Counted from the stretch's first letter, positions 1 through 10,363 are shown. The stretch: DNA of 64,000 nt from Alphaproteobacteria bacterium (GCA_963663355.2 CAXXKS010000001.1:2232545-2296544), one strand, 5' to 3'. Translations and numbers: made by a program. The notes: generated by a model from the letters alone, not told the origin.

Positions 1-606
1 GAGGAACTCCGCGATGCGGGAGTGCGTCCAGGTGAACGTGTTCTCCCCGTCGCGCACGACGTCGAACGGCTCGTTCCACTTCTCGTCGGCGGTGACGTAG
101 AGATGGAGGCCCAGATTGACGAGGAAGAAGCCGCGGAAGAAGAGGTTGCCGTCGGCCCCGATGGGGTCCATCTGGAGGCCCCAGGGCTCGACGCCGTTGG
201 CGGTCCAGCCGGGCACGTCGTACTTGCCCCGGAGCGTCGGCGGGATCAGCGTCTCGTACCAGTCCTCCGGATACTGCTCGCGCCGGGGATCGTCGCCGAT
301 CTGGTCGAGCCAGTCCTTCGCGGCCCAGTAGCCGGTGAACCGCGCCACGAGCTCGTCCAGGATGGTGCCGTAGACCTCGCGCCACGCCGGCGTCACGTCC
401 GCCATGACGGCGACGGCCTGCGCCGAGTCCTGGAGGTCGAAGCGGTGCCAGGAACGCCGGGGCTCGCCCGAGACGCCGTCCCAGTGGGGGTGCGGCCGGC
501 CGTCCCTGTCCCAACTGTCCGGCGTGGTCGCCTTGCGGTACATGTAGCGCAGCCAGCCGCGCGAGCGGTCGGTCGTGGCCCCGTAGCCGCGAACGGTGCT
601 TGCCAT
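1..606 (-). CDS. conserved hypothetical protein, C-terminus cut by window edge (faint resemblance to linalool dehydratase/isomerase-domain proteins)
   Basis: Read by hand on the minus strand. ATG is the complement of 604-606, with a GGAGGAGGA Shine-Dalgarno just upstream. The GC3-rich frame is uninterrupted to position 1 (MASTVRGYGATTDRSRGWLRYMYRK...). It is absent from the ORF track because no stop lies in the window. Confidence 0.6.
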   Translation of the reverse strand, partial: MASTVRGYGATTDRSRGWLRYMYRKATTPDSWDRDGRPHPHWDGVSGEPRRSWHRFDLQDSAQAVAVMADVTPAWREVYGTILDELVARFTGYWAAKDWLDQIGDDPRREQYPEDWYETLIPPTLRGKYDVPGWTANGVEPWGLQMDPIGADGNLFFRGFFLVNLGLHLYVTADEKWNEPFDVVRDGENTFTWTHSRIAEFL

Positions 607-894
607 CCGTCCTCCTCCCTGCCGCCGGAATGTTACCGGGACGGGGACGGGCGCCGCAACCGGCGCGGGACGGCCCGGCGCCCGTTTCCGAACGACGCCC
701 CCGCGCGGCAGCGCCTCCGGCGGAAGCGGACAAATCCGCTTGCCAGCGGCGCCGTTCGGCCTGCACTCTCGGCCCATGACCCCCGACCCGGTCCCGGCTC
801 GAGACTGCCCGGTCGCGCCGTGCGGCGACCCCTGCCCGAGGGCCGCGGGCGTTGCCGAGGGCATCTCCCCCGACCAGACCGCGCGCATCCGCAC

Positions 895-1785
895 ATGAAG
901 GGCGGCGAACGGCCTCTCTCGATGCGGCGCGTCGGCGGGCAGACCGACATACTCGGCGAGTGCCCGCTCTGGCACGAGGGAGAGCGGGCGCTCTACTGGG
1001 TGGACATCCGGCGGCCGGCAATCCGGCGTCTCGACGACGCCACCGGGCACGTGGACTCCTGGATCATGCCGGATCTCGTCGGTTCCATCGCGTTCGCCGA
1101 CGACGGACGCCTCCTGGCGACGCTGCCGGACAGGATCGCCCTGTTCGACACGGCGACGGAGCGGTTGCAGACGATCGCGGTCCCGCCGGTGCGTGTCCCG
1201 GACCATCGCTTCAACGACGGACGGTGCGACCGCCAGGGGCGGTTCTGGGCCGGCACGATGCACAATCTGACACGTGCGCCCGAAGGCGTGCTCTATCGCC
1301 TCGTCGGTCGGGACCTGACCGGGACGATGTCGGGAATCCGCATCCCCAACAGCCTGGCGTGGAGCCCCGACGGGCGGACCATGTACTTCGCCGATTCCCG
1401 TCTCTACAGCATCTTCGCGTTCGACTTCGACACGTCGTCGGGCGAGATCGGGAACAGGAGGGTATTCGCGACGACCCGGGCGCCGGGGTTTCCCGACGGC
1501 TCCGCGGTCGACGCGGAAGGTTTCCTGTGGAACGCGGAGTTCAACGCCGGGCGTATCGTCAGGTACGCGCCCGACGGCCGTGTCGACCGCGTCGTCGAAA
1601 CGCCCGTCGACCGGCCGACCTGCTGCGCGTTCGGGGGATCGGAACTGAGCACCCTGTTCGTCACGTCGACGAGCCAGTTCATGACGCGGGACGAGCGCGC
1701 GGCGCAGCCCCTGGCCGGAGCGCTGTTTGCGCTCGAGGCACCGGTCAAGGGACTTCCGGAGCCTCGATTTGCGATTTGCGCGTAG
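895..1785 (+). CDS. SMP-30/gluconolactonase/LRE-family lactonase
   Basis: C-terminal ~295 aa of ORF 22..1785. Motifs GECPLW, YWVDI, RFNDGRCDRQGRFWAG, PNSLAWSPDG and PDGSAVDAEGFLWNA are typical of the six-bladed propeller family. ATG at 895, alternative at 922. Confidence 0.85.
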   Translation: MKGGERPLSMRRVGGQTDILGECPLWHEGERALYWVDIRRPAIRRLDDATGHVDSWIMPDLVGSIAFADDGRLLATLPDRIALFDTATERLQTIAVPPVRVPDHRFNDGRCDRQGRFWAGTMHNLTRAPEGVLYRLVGRDLTGTMSGIRIPNSLAWSPDGRTMYFADSRLYSIFAFDFDTSSGEIGNRRVFATTRAPGFPDGSAVDAEGFLWNAEFNAGRIVRYAPDGRVDRVVETPVDRPTCCAFGGSELSTLFVTSTSQFMTRDERAAQPLAGALFALEAPVKGLPEPRFAICA

Positions 1786-1941
1786 TGTCCCGTCGCCCGT
1801 GACGCGCCGTCATCGTTCGCGGTTCGGCCGGTGCCCGGCAGTTGTCGTGCGACAGGACGATCGTGGTATGGCCTTGCGCCCGTGGGCGGCGCCCGTCCGG
1901 CGGCCGCATGCCCCCTCTACGTTCGACGATGGGAGAAGCCG

Positions 1942-2769
1942 ATGAACGACACGCAGGACCGGATCGCGCGACTGACGCCGGTCGATATCGCGAAGCGGAA
2001 GGGAGGGCGGAAGGTCGTCGCCCAGGTCGCCTACCACTCGAGCGTCGCCGGGATCATCGACCGTCATTGCGACTTCATTCTGGTCGGCGATTCGCTCGGC
2101 ATGAATCTGCTTGGCATGGACACGACCGTACCGGTGACGCTCGAAGCGATGATCCAGCAGGGACAGGCGGTGGTGCGCGCGACCCGCCAGGCGCTGATCG
2201 TCGTCGACCTGCCGTTCGGCTCCTACGAAGAGAGCCCCGAGCAGGCATTCAGGAACGCTTCCCGCGTCATGAAGGAAACCGACGCGGGAGCCGTGAAGAT
2301 GGAAGGCGGCGCCCACATGGCCGACACCGTCTCGTTCCTGGTCCGGCGCGGCATTCCGGTCATGGGCCACGTCGGCCTCACGCCGCAGGCGGTGAATGCC
2401 ATGGGCGGCTTCCGGGTCCAGGGCAAGGCCGAGGGCGCCGACGACATCCTGACGGCGGACGCCAGGGCCATTTCGGACGCGGGCGCTTTCGCGATGGTCA
2501 TCGAGGGTGTCGTGGAACCCGTCGCGCGCAGGATGACGGAGAGCGTCCCGACCGTGACGATCGGCATCGGCGGGTCGCCGGCCTGTGACGGCCAGATCCT
2601 GCTGTTCGACGACCTCATGGGCATCAACGACCGGGTCCCCAAATTCGTGCGCAAGTTCGCCGCTCTCGGACCGGAGATCGACCGCGCCGCCTCGGAATAC
2701 CGCGAGGCCGTGCTGGACGGCTCGTTTCCGGCCATGGAGGAGACCTACCGGGTCAAACGGCCGAAATGA
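1942..2769 (+). CDS. panB: 3-methyl-2-oxobutanoate hydroxymethyltransferase
   Basis: ORF 1831..2769. Motifs [32 protein letters not shown] and IGIG. GGGAGAA Shine-Dalgarno before ATG 1942. Confidence 0.9.
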   Translation: MNDTQDRIARLTPVDIAKRKGGRKVVAQVAYHSSVAGIIDRHCDFILVGDSLGMNLLGMDTTVPVTLEAMIQQGQAVVRATRQALIVVDLPFGSYEESPEQAFRNASRVMKETDAGAVKMEGGAHMADTVSFLVRRGIPVMGHVGLTPQAVNAMGGFRVQGKAEGADDILTADARAISDAGAFAMVIEGVVEPVARRMTESVPTVTIGIGGSPACDGQILLFDDLMGINDRVPKFVRKFAALGPEIDRAASEYREAVLDGSFPAMEETYRVKRPK

Positions 2770-2832
2770 GCTGCCGCTTCAATCCGCCCGGCGCGTAGCG
2801 CTCGCAAGACCGCGACGCCGCGCACCGGAGGA

Positions 2833-5337
2833 TCAGAACGCCGCCGTCAGGGTCAGGAAGAACGTCCGTCCCCTGGCGCTGTCCAGGTCGAGAAAGAAGG
2901 AGCCGGGGTTGGCGCTGTCGATGGAAGGCCCCTCGTCGCCGAGATTGATGACGCCGGCGGTGAGGCTCGCGCCGGAGAGCCCGAGGGGGTCGCGCACGTC
3001 CAGGGCGAGGTCGTGGCCGATCCAGGATCCGAACCTTCCGGTTCCCCTCGCGTTGGCGTAGCCGGACCGGGCGTTGACGCTCCAGTTCGCGGCGACGCCG
3101 CCCCGGCCCGCCCGGAGCGTCGCGTGGACGCTGTCGCGCGGCAGATGGCCGGGGAGCCGCGCGCCGGCGTTCCAGGCCTCGTAGTCGGCGCGGCGCAGCC
3201 AGTGCAGCGTCAGTCCCAGATCGGCCCGGTCCGTCCGCCACGCGCCGTCCAGGGCGACGTCGAAACCGGAGACCTCTTCCCTTCCGGTATTGCCGTAGGA
3301 ACTGCGGACCGCGACCGGGTCGCCCCGCCCGTCCCGAGCCACGGCGACGCCGTCCGGCAAGGCGCCCGCCGCCTCCAGGTCCAGGATATCCTGCGCGGAG
3401 CCGGAAAACGCCAGCGGCGTCCGGGACAGCTCCACGCGGAACCAGTCCGCGCTCAACGACACCGGCCCGAAATCCAGCGCCGTCCCGACGCTCGCGGTTC
3501 TCGACCGCTCCGGGTCGAGCGCCGGGTTCGGGACGACCTCGTGCGTCACCTTCCGGAGTGCGCAGGGCTCTCCGCTGCCGCCGTGACTCCCGCTGTCGCA
3601 GACCCACGCGGCGCTTCGGGACGCCTCGCGGTTCAGGGCGGCGAAGCCCGGCGGCCGCGCGCCGGCGCCGACGGAGCCGCGCACGGCGACCCCGTCGCTC
3701 AACCGGTAGCGGGTCTCGGCGCGCCAGGCCGGCGCGCCGCCGACGTCGTCGTACTCGTCGCCCCGCCCGGTCAGGACCACGTCCCAGCCGGCGCCGGCCG
3801 GGAGCGAGAGCTCCGCGAAAACCGACGCTCTCCGCCGCTCGCCGTCGTATTCGGTCCTGTCGCTGGCGCTACGGATGCCGAGGACGTCGCCGGCCGGATA
3901 CGCCCGGCCGGCGACGTCCCGGTAGTCGACGCGGTTGCGCCGCTCTTCCGAGGCCAGTTCGACCCCGGCCGTCCATGCCGCCGCGCCGCCGCGGAGCGCG
4001 ATGCCGGCGCCGTCCAGAGCGACGCGAAGCTCCCTGTAGCCGGCGCGGTATTCCCGGTCGAGGCGGAGGCCGGTGTTGCGGACGACGTCCTCCGGCGAGG
4101 ACAGGGGGTTCGCCAGATCGTAGCCGCCGCCGTCGACCGCGGCCCGGATCGCGCTTTCGCTCACGAGCGAGTCGACCGTGCGGTCGAATTCGTAGCGGTA
4201 CGCGGTGACGTGCGCCTCGTAGCCGAGGCCCGCCGCCGTCCGGCCCCGCACGCCCGACGACAGCCGGTGCTCCCGGCCGGCCACGCGCAGCTCGCGGTCG
4301 CCGTGCGCGGCGAAGGTATGCGCCACGCGGAACAGGTCGTCGCCGGTTCCGCCGAAGTCGGCGGGGTCGGACGGCGTGAACTCGAACTGTCCGGACGACG
4401 GGGCGAAGCGCGCGAGCGCTTCGGATTCGAGCATGAGCCGCGCGTCCGCGAAGATCTCGGCGTCGTTTCCCGCCGGGTGGGTCAGCGTGGCCAGGACGCC
4501 GGCCTGGTCGTAGCGGAGCGAGAGCCAGTCGCGGTCGCCGGTGGCGAAGCCGCACCCCGTGTCCCCCTCTCCCATGGAGCCGAAGGGGTTTCCGAGAGCG
4601 CCGGTATAGCCGTCTTCGGCGCGGCACTCCCCGAGCGAGCGGAAGCTCTTGGTCCTCTCGGTCTTCGTGGGCCGCAGGCGGTTCCGGTTCACGATCACCG
4701 TGTTGCCCGCGGGGCTCACGCCGACCGTGTCCGCGAAGCCGCCGCCGTCCCGCCAGGAGGCTCGGGTGTAGCTCCGGTCCGCCCTCCGGATCTCGTCGCG
4801 CCGGAAGCCGTCGACGCCGAGCGTCATGCGCCCCTCGCCGATCCGTCCGCCCCAGAGGACGCCGCCCGACGGGGACCCGGCGCCCCTCCCGGTCGGCCGC
4901 GTGACGGCGGCCCGCGTCTCGAACCCCTCCAGATCCTTGCGCAGGACGACGTTGACCGCGCCGCTCGCGGCGTGTCCGGCAAGCGCCCCCACGGCGTTGC
5001 CGTCCAGAATCTCGACGCGCTCGACCATGGACAGCGGGATCGTGTCGCGGTCCCCCAGCGGACCGGCCCTCCGTCCGTCGATGAGCAGCGCCATGCGGCT
5101 CCGGTCCGCGGCGAGCAGCCGGCCCAGGCCGAAGAAGTTCGTCGTGCCGTGCAGGTCCAGCAGCTCCAGCAGCGTGTGCTGGCCCGAAAGGGCCATGTCC
5201 GCCCGGTCGATCGTCGTCACCGGGCGCAGCGCGGCCGTTCCGATGCCGTCGCGCGCGATATCGCCGGCGTGGACGGGAACGCTCCATGCGGCGGCGAGAG
5301 CGGCCAGGAAAACGGCGAACGGACGGTTCATCGGCAT
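2833..5337 (-). CDS. TonB-dependent outer-membrane receptor
   Basis: Real part of ORF 2833..6060. Signal peptide MPMNRPFAVFLAALAAAWSVPVHA, plug region (VERVEILDGNAV), a long G/Y/R/D-rich barrel and a terminal aromatic (...LTLTAAF). Start is the complement of 5335-5337. Confidence 0.85.
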   Translation of the reverse strand: MPMNRPFAVFLAALAAAWSVPVHAGDIARDGIGTAALRPVTTIDRADMALSGQHTLLELLDLHGTTNFFGLGRLLAADRSRMALLIDGRRAGPLGDRDTIPLSMVERVEILDGNAVGALAGHAASGAVNVVLRKDLEGFETRAAVTRPTGRGAGSPSGGVLWGGRIGEGRMTLGVDGFRRDEIRRADRSYTRASWRDGGGFADTVGVSPAGNTVIVNRNRLRPTKTERTKSFRSLGECRAEDGYTGALGNPFGSMGEGDTGCGFATGDRDWLSLRYDQAGVLATLTHPAGNDAEIFADARLMLESEALARFAPSSGQFEFTPSDPADFGGTGDDLFRVAHTFAAHGDRELRVAGREHRLSSGVRGRTAAGLGYEAHVTAYRYEFDRTVDSLVSESAIRAAVDGGGYDLANPLSSPEDVVRNTGLRLDREYRAGYRELRVALDGAGIALRGGAAAWTAGVELASEERRNRVDYRDVAGRAYPAGDVLGIRSASDRTEYDGERRRASVFAELSLPAGAGWDVVLTGRGDEYDDVGGAPAWRAETRYRLSDGVAVRGSVGAGARPPGFAALNREASRSAAWVCDSGSHGGSGEPCALRKVTHEVVPNPALDPERSRTASVGTALDFGPVSLSADWFRVELSRTPLAFSGSAQDILDLEAAGALPDGVAVARDGRGDPVAVRSSYGNTGREEVSGFDVALDGAWRTDRADLGLTLHWLRRADYEAWNAGARLPGHLPRDSVHATLRAGRGGVAANWSVNARSGYANARGTGRFGSWIGHDLALDVRDPLGLSGASLTAGVINLGDEGPSIDSANPGSFFLDLDSARGRTFFLTLTAAF

Positions 5338-5342
5338 CACGC

Positions 5343-5903
5343 TCACAGGCGGCCGCCGAGCCCGCGGTAGCCGCGGGCCAACTCGATATTCGTCTCCGCC
5401 ACGTCCTCGGAGAACGCCCTGACGTCCGCCGGGACCCGGGGAAGGCCCGCGGCATCGGCGTCGGACCGGACCGTCGTCGTGGACGGCACGTGGCGACCCG
5501 GCGGCACGCGGCAGCCTTCGACCACCGCATTGTGCCGGATGACGGCGCCGTCGCCGATCGCGCAGTCGAACAGGACGGCGTTGAAGCCGACGAAGACCCC
5601 GTCGCCGACCGTGCAGGGCCCGTGGACGATCGCGCGGTGGGCGATCGACGTGCGCGCGCCGACGGTGACCGCGGCTCCCGACTTGGAGTGGATGACCACG
5701 CCGTCCTGTACGTTCGACCCCCGGCCGATGCGGACCGTCTCCATGCCTCCGTCGCCGTCGGTCTCGTCCGCCCGGACCACCGCGTACGGCCCGATGAAGA
5801 CGTCCTCCTCGACGACCACCTTGCCGCAGACGATCGCGGTCGGATCGACGAAGGCGCCGTCGGCGACCTCCGGCCTGTCCCCCCGTGGATTGCGCCTGAT
5901 CAT
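5343..5903 (-). CDS. Cam-type gamma-class carbonic anhydrase (left-handed beta-helix)
   Basis: C-terminal part of ORF 5343..7289. Hexapeptide repeats. His-containing segments VVIHSK and IAHRAIVHGP align with the Cam metal ligands, and the C-terminal helix is Cam-like. The stop lies 5 nt before the TonB-receptor start. Confidence 0.75.
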   Translation of the reverse strand: MIRRNPRGDRPEVADGAFVDPTAIVCGKVVVEEDVFIGPYAVVRADETDGDGGMETVRIGRGSNVQDGVVIHSKSGAAVTVGARTSIAHRAIVHGPCTVGDGVFVGFNAVLFDCAIGDGAVIRHNAVVEGCRVPPGRHVPSTTTVRSDADAAGLPRVPADVRAFSEDVAETNIELARGYRGLGGRL

Positions 5904-5931
5904 GGAAGCTCGGGGTCCCCTTCCCGTGGAA

Positions 5932-6148
5932 GGATTCCTCTGCGAAAGCGGTCCGGCCGCGCCACGGGAACAGGGCAGGGGTGCCGAGACGCCGTCCACC
6001 CCCACCCTGTCCCTCCCCCTTCCAGGGAGAGGGGACCCGAGAGGCGCGGCCGCGCCCCAATGGTCCCCTCTCCCGCGTGCGGGAGAGGGACAGGGTGAGG
6101 GTGTCGGAGAACGATGCGCCGCCCCGACCGCGTTTCGCAGAGGAATCC
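5932..6148 (+). repeat. 217-bp MITE-like element with ~22-bp terminal inverted repeats (GGATTCCTCTGCGAAA...), copy 1, nested in a REP hairpin
   Basis: Left end GGATTCCTCTGCGAAAGCGGTC. Right end is the reverse complement GGATTCCTCTGCGAAACGCGGTC. Flanked by direct TGGAA (5927-5931 and 6149-6153). Near-identical inverted copy at 11167-11383. Confidence 0.8.
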
Positions 6149-6241
6149 TGGAAGGGGGAGGGACAGGGTGGGGGTGGACCGGGGCGGGGCGGGCGGGGAT
6201 TTCTCTTCGTTCGTCATGACGTTCGTTTCCGTATCGGGACG

Positions 6242-7117
6242 CTACCAGTCCAGCCCCTCGAAGAACGCGATCATCTCGGCGTTGGCCCGGTCCGGCGCCT
6301 CGTAGGGCGCGAAGTGGCCCACGCCCTCGAAGACGCCCACGTCCACGTCGGCGAAGCACTCGCCCAGCCGGTCGCGCCACTCGACCCGGAGGATGCTGTC
6401 GTGCTCGCCCCACAGCACGCGGGTGGGGACGGCGATCGGCGCGAGGTCGCCGAGGTCGCCGCGCACCGTCCTGATCCGGTTCTCGTGATTGGCCTTGTAC
6501 CAGTCGAAGCCGCCCTGGACGTTGCCCGGCTTCATGAAGTTGTCGACCCAGGCCTCGAGGTCGTCGTCGAAGGCGTGCGGGTCGTGGCTCCAGTGAGACA
6601 GGAAGTGGGAGATGTAGGCCCGGCAGTTCTCGCGGCTCGAGGCGACCAGGGAGGCGGCGAAGGGAAGCTGCTGAAAGGCCTGGTACCAGACCTCCTTCAC
6701 GTGGTCGACGGCGTACCAGCGGTCGCCGATCTGCGGGTAGGGAAAGCTGTACAGGAACAGGCCCGAGATGCGCTCCGGACGCCGCCGCGCGTATTCCTGG
6801 ATGATCCAGGGCGCGAAATCGTGGCCGACGATGCCGACGCGCTCCAGGCCGAGGCGGTCGATCAGCGCGGCCAGATCCGCCACGTAGTCGTCCACGGTCG
6901 GCGTCCGCCCGCGCTTCTCCGAGTCGCCGAAGCCGCGCCAGTCCGGAGCGATGACGTCGAAGCGCTCCGCGAGCGCGGGGATGTTCTTGCGGTAGACGTA
7001 CCAGAATTCCGGGTAGCCGTGGCACATGAGGACGGGGCGGCCGCCGCCGTGCCGGACGTAGTGGATCCGGGCGCCCGGCAGGTCCGCGTACCGGTGGTTC
7101 CATTCGAGGCCGCTCAT
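6242..7117 (-). CDS. alpha/beta hydrolase (epoxide hydrolase / haloalkane dehalogenase-like)
   Basis: ORF 6242..7441. HGYPEFWY, nucleophile elbow GHDFAP and C-terminal GHF motif. GGGAGGAGA Shine-Dalgarno before the ATG (complement of 7115-7117). Confidence 0.85.
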   Translation of the reverse strand: MSGLEWNHRYADLPGARIHYVRHGGGRPVLMCHGYPEFWYVYRKNIPALAERFDVIAPDWRGFGDSEKRGRTPTVDDYVADLAALIDRLGLERVGIVGHDFAPWIIQEYARRRPERISGLFLYSFPYPQIGDRWYAVDHVKEVWYQAFQQLPFAASLVASSRENCRAYISHFLSHWSHDPHAFDDDLEAWVDNFMKPGNVQGGFDWYKANHENRIRTVRGDLGDLAPIAVPTRVLWGEHDSILRVEWRDRLGECFADVDVGVFEGVGHFAPYEAPDRANAEMIAFFEGLDW

Positions 7118-7257
7118 CCCGTCTCCTCCCGTCCTCCATGACATAGACCGTCCGGCCGTGCCCGCGCAACGCGGCGGAGATCGAAGGCGGAACGAAGCGG
7201 ATGCCCGGAACAGGGGAGCGTCCGCCGGGTGCCGCGGGCCTTCGCCGGTTTCCGTTC

Positions 7258-8634
7258 TCAGAGTCCCGCCTCGATCGCCGCGACGGCATCCTGGCCGACG
7301 ATCATGCCTGTCGTGTAGGCGACGAGCAGCCCGTTCCCCGACGTGTAGCCGCCTGCGGTATCGCCGGACAGCCCGGCCATGGTGTTGCCGCCGGCGTAGA
7401 GGTTCGGCACCGGAACGCCGTCCGGACGCAACACGCGGCACGAGGCGTCGACCTTGAGGCCGCCCTGGGTGTGCGCCATGGCGCCGGTGACCCGCGAGGC
7501 GCGGAAAGGCGGGACGAGGGGTTCGGCAAGTCTCTTTCGCCCCCAGGCGTCCGCTCCCGCGCGAACGCCGGCATTGTAGGCGTCGATGGTCTCATGAAGG
7601 GCTTGCGGCGGCAGGTCGAACCGTGCGGCGATGTCCGTGACGCTCCCGCAGGTCTCGATACCGCCCTTGCGCATCGCCTCCTTCATGACGTGCATGTTCA
7701 TCGTCATGCGCTGGATGCGCTCGTCCCAGATGAACACGGCAAACCCGCCGGGCTGCGCCCGGTAAACCGCCGCCAGTTGCGAGTAGTCCCGTTCCTCGTC
7801 GACGAACCTCCGTCCCGTCTTGTTGACGGCGATGCCGCCTTCGTTGATCACTCCCGGCGTAAGGCGCGTGCCGTCCGAGAAAATACAGTCCCGGCCCTGA
7901 TAGCCGGTCATCCGGTCGGTCGCGGCGCCGGCCTCCCGGCCCCAGAGGATGCCGTCGCCGGTGTTGGACCTGGCGCCGATGTTGGGCGCATCGGCCATCT
8001 CGGGGATGTAGCGCGCCAGCATCTCCCGGTTGGCGTTGAAGCCGCCCGTCGTGAGCACGGTCTTCTTCGCGCCGATCCGCAGTTCCGCGCCGCCGCGAGC
8101 CGCCGTGACACCGGTGACCGTTCCGGTATCGTCCACCACCAGGCCCGTACCGGGAGTCCTGTCGCAGTACTTGGCATTGCCGCGGGACGCGAGATGGGCG
8201 CGCATGCGCTCGACGATGGGCACGCCGATCCGCGTCGGATGGCTGTGCATGCGCTGGCGGCTATGACCGAACCACGCGACTTCGGATGCGAATTCCAGAT
8301 CGACGCCGAGTCCGTCGATGAACCAGTGGATCGTCTCCGCCGACCGGCGGCACAGTGTCAGCGTGACCTCGCGATCGCTCGTATGGCCGTTCTTGCGGAG
8401 GATGTCGTCGGCCATGATCTCGGGCGAGTCCTCGATGCCCGCCGCTCGCTGCAACCGGGAACCGGCGGCCGGTATGAAACTGCTGGTGATTACGGACGTA
8501 CAGGGATCGCCGGAGTCCTTCTCGAGCAGAACGACGTCCAGTCCGTCCCGAATCGTCGCGGCGGTCGCGGCCGCCATGAGACCGGCCCCGCCGCCGCCCA
8601 CGACGACCACATCGGTCTCGAAATCCCAACTCAT
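7258..8634 (-). CDS. FAD-binding dehydrogenase (fumarate reductase / 3-ketosteroid dehydrogenase flavoprotein family)
   Basis: N-terminal DVVVVGGGGAGL dinucleotide fold, TTGGF motif and C-terminal NLYAGGN motif. Confidence 0.8.
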   Translation of the reverse strand: MSWDFETDVVVVGGGGAGLMAAATAATIRDGLDVVLLEKDSGDPCTSVITSSFIPAAGSRLQRAAGIEDSPEIMADDILRKNGHTSDREVTLTLCRRSAETIHWFIDGLGVDLEFASEVAWFGHSRQRMHSHPTRIGVPIVERMRAHLASRGNAKYCDRTPGTGLVVDDTGTVTGVTAARGGAELRIGAKKTVLTTGGFNANREMLARYIPEMADAPNIGARSNTGDGILWGREAGAATDRMTGYQGRDCIFSDGTRLTPGVINEGGIAVNKTGRRFVDEERDYSQLAAVYRAQPGGFAVFIWDERIQRMTMNMHVMKEAMRKGGIETCGSVTDIAARFDLPPQALHETIDAYNAGVRAGADAWGRKRLAEPLVPPFRASRVTGAMAHTQGGLKVDASCRVLRPDGVPVPNLYAGGNTMAGLSGDTAGGYTSGNGLLVAYTTGMIVGQDAVAAIEAGL

Positions 8635-8674
8635 CCCGACGCCCGGGCCGGCCGGCCTCCCGTGAGGAGACCGC

Positions 8675-9706
8675 TCACGGGCCGGCCTCTCCGGAGTCGG
8701 GAGAAATCGCGCCGGCGAAGGCGCCGCGGTACCCGAACAGCCCCGCGCTGCCGCCGGTGTGAACGAAGACGACGTTCTCGTCCCGGGCGAAACGGCCCTT
8801 GCGGACGAGGTCGATCAGCCCGGCCATGCCCTTTCCCGTGTAGACGGGGTCGAGGAGGATGCCCTCGAGGCGCGACAGCAGGGTCACGGCCTCGACCATC
8901 CCGTCCGTGGGCACGCCGTAGCCGTCCCCCACGTAGTCGCAGTTCGCCGCCACCCGCTCGCGCCGGATGTCGATGCCCGTATCCAGCAGTTCCGCGGTGC
9001 GGCGGGCGAGGCCGTGCACCCTCTCCTCCTGGACCTCCCTGGGCGCGTTGACGCCGATTCCGAGGACCGGGATGCCGCTGGACGCGCCTTCGAGGCCCGT
9101 CACGAGGCCGGCCTGCGTTCCCGCGCTGCCGGTGGCGTGGACGACGCGGTCTATACGAAGGCCCTGCCCGCTCGCCTGGTTGAGCAGCTCCATCGCGCAC
9201 TCGACGTAGCCGAGGGCGCCGACCGGGTTGGAGCCGCCGCCCGGAATGACGTACGGCGTGCCCCCTTCGCTCCTGACCTCTTCGGCCACCTCCTCCATCG
9301 CCGCGTCCATGTCCGTGCCGGCCCGGTAGCGGCGGATGCGGGCGCCGAAAAGCCGGTCGAGGAAGACGTTGCCGGACTGCGTGAAGTCGGGGTCCCGGCT
9401 GCCCGTGCGGTTCTCCAGCAGGACCTCGCACGCCATGCCGAGCCTCGCCGCGGCCGCCGCGGTCTGGCGGCAGTGGTTCGACTGCGTGGCCCCCTGGGTG
9501 ATGACCGTGCCGGCGCCGCTGCGGACCGCGTCGGCCATCAGGAACTCGAGCTTCCGGGTCTTGTTGCCGCCGGTGGCGAGCCCGGTCTGGTCGTCCCGCT
9601 TGATGTAGATACCGGGTCCTCCGAGTTCCCCGGAGAGGTTGGGGAGCGGCTCGAGCGGCGTGGGCAGATGCGCGAACCGCAGACGGGGGAAACGGCCGAG
9701 ATTCAT
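8675..9706 (-). CDS. PLP-dependent D-cysteine desulfhydrase / ACC deaminase-family lyase (possible L-cysteate sulfo-lyase CuyA-like)
   Basis: ORF 8675..9757. Motifs [16 protein letters not shown] (PLP lysine), QGATQSNH and HTGG. Start MNLGRF is the complement of 9704-9706. Confidence 0.8.
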   Translation of the reverse strand: MNLGRFPRLRFAHLPTPLEPLPNLSGELGGPGIYIKRDDQTGLATGGNKTRKLEFLMADAVRSGAGTVITQGATQSNHCRQTAAAAARLGMACEVLLENRTGSRDPDFTQSGNVFLDRLFGARIRRYRAGTDMDAAMEEVAEEVRSEGGTPYVIPGGGSNPVGALGYVECAMELLNQASGQGLRIDRVVHATGSAGTQAGLVTGLEGASSGIPVLGIGVNAPREVQEERVHGLARRTAELLDTGIDIRRERVAANCDYVGDGYGVPTDGMVEAVTLLSRLEGILLDPVYTGKGMAGLIDLVRKGRFARDENVVFVHTGGSAGLFGYRGAFAGAISPDSGEAGP

Positions 9707-9828
9707 GAGGACACCTTCTCTCCCGCGGATCTGGGAGCGGGAGCGCACACATAGCACGGCGGCGCGGGCCCCGCACGTTTCCCACCGCGCGGATTCTGGG
9801 GTAGAGAGGCCCGCGAACCGGAGGACCC

Positions 9829-10362
9829 ATGACCGACTCCCCAGCGGCCTGGCCGAACGACGTCCACGCGGCCCTGAAGGCGCTCGGCGTCCGCCACGTG
9901 CCCTACGTGCCCGACGCCGGCCACGCGCGCCTCATCGAGCTGTGCCGGGACGACGACGGGATGCGCGCGGTGCCGCTGACGACGGAGGAGGAAGGCGTCG
10001 CCATGCTGGCGGGAAGCTGGCTCGGCGGCCGGCGCGGCGCGCTGCTGATGCAGTCGAGCGGCGTCGGCAACTGCGTCAACATGTTCTCGACCGTCCGCGT
10101 CGGACGCTTCCCCCTGCTGACCCTGATCGCCATGCGCGGACAGTGGGGCGAGGCGAACCCCTGGCAGATGCCCATGGGCCGGAACGCCGCCGCGATCCTG
10201 GAGCTGTGCGGGTTCCAGGTCCTCCGCCTCGACGACGCCGGCATGGCCGCCGAGACGGTCGCCGCGGGCGGCCGGACGGCGTTCGAGGCCAACGAGATGG
10301 TCGCTGTGCTCGTCTCCCAGCGCCTGATCGGCTCCAAGGCGTTCGCGGCGGGGGACGGCTGA
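9829..10362 (+). CDS. comD: sulfopyruvate decarboxylase alpha subunit (TPP enzyme, N-terminal pyrimidine-binding half)
   Basis: 177-aa split TPP protein ([29 protein letters not shown]). Followed 1 nt later by the beta subunit. Confidence 0.75.
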   Translation: MTDSPAAWPNDVHAALKALGVRHVPYVPDAGHARLIELCRDDDGMRAVPLTTEEEGVAMLAGSWLGGRRGALLMQSSGVGNCVNMFSTVRVGRFPLLTLIAMRGQWGEANPWQMPMGRNAAAILELCGFQVLRLDDAGMAAETVAAGGRTAFEANEMVAVLVSQRLIGSKAFAAGDG

Positions 10363-10363
10363 C

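Noticed and set aside
5900-6217. Short ORFs encoding GEGQGEG / PLPRAGEG / TLTLSLSR-type peptides (also 11217..11456, 15256..15531, 15677..15880, 45395..45664, 55981..56253, 63310..63813)
   Set aside because: They lie entirely in palindromic REP/MITE DNA that recurs in both orientations. The same peptide motifs arise from either strand, so they are repeat artefacts and not genes.
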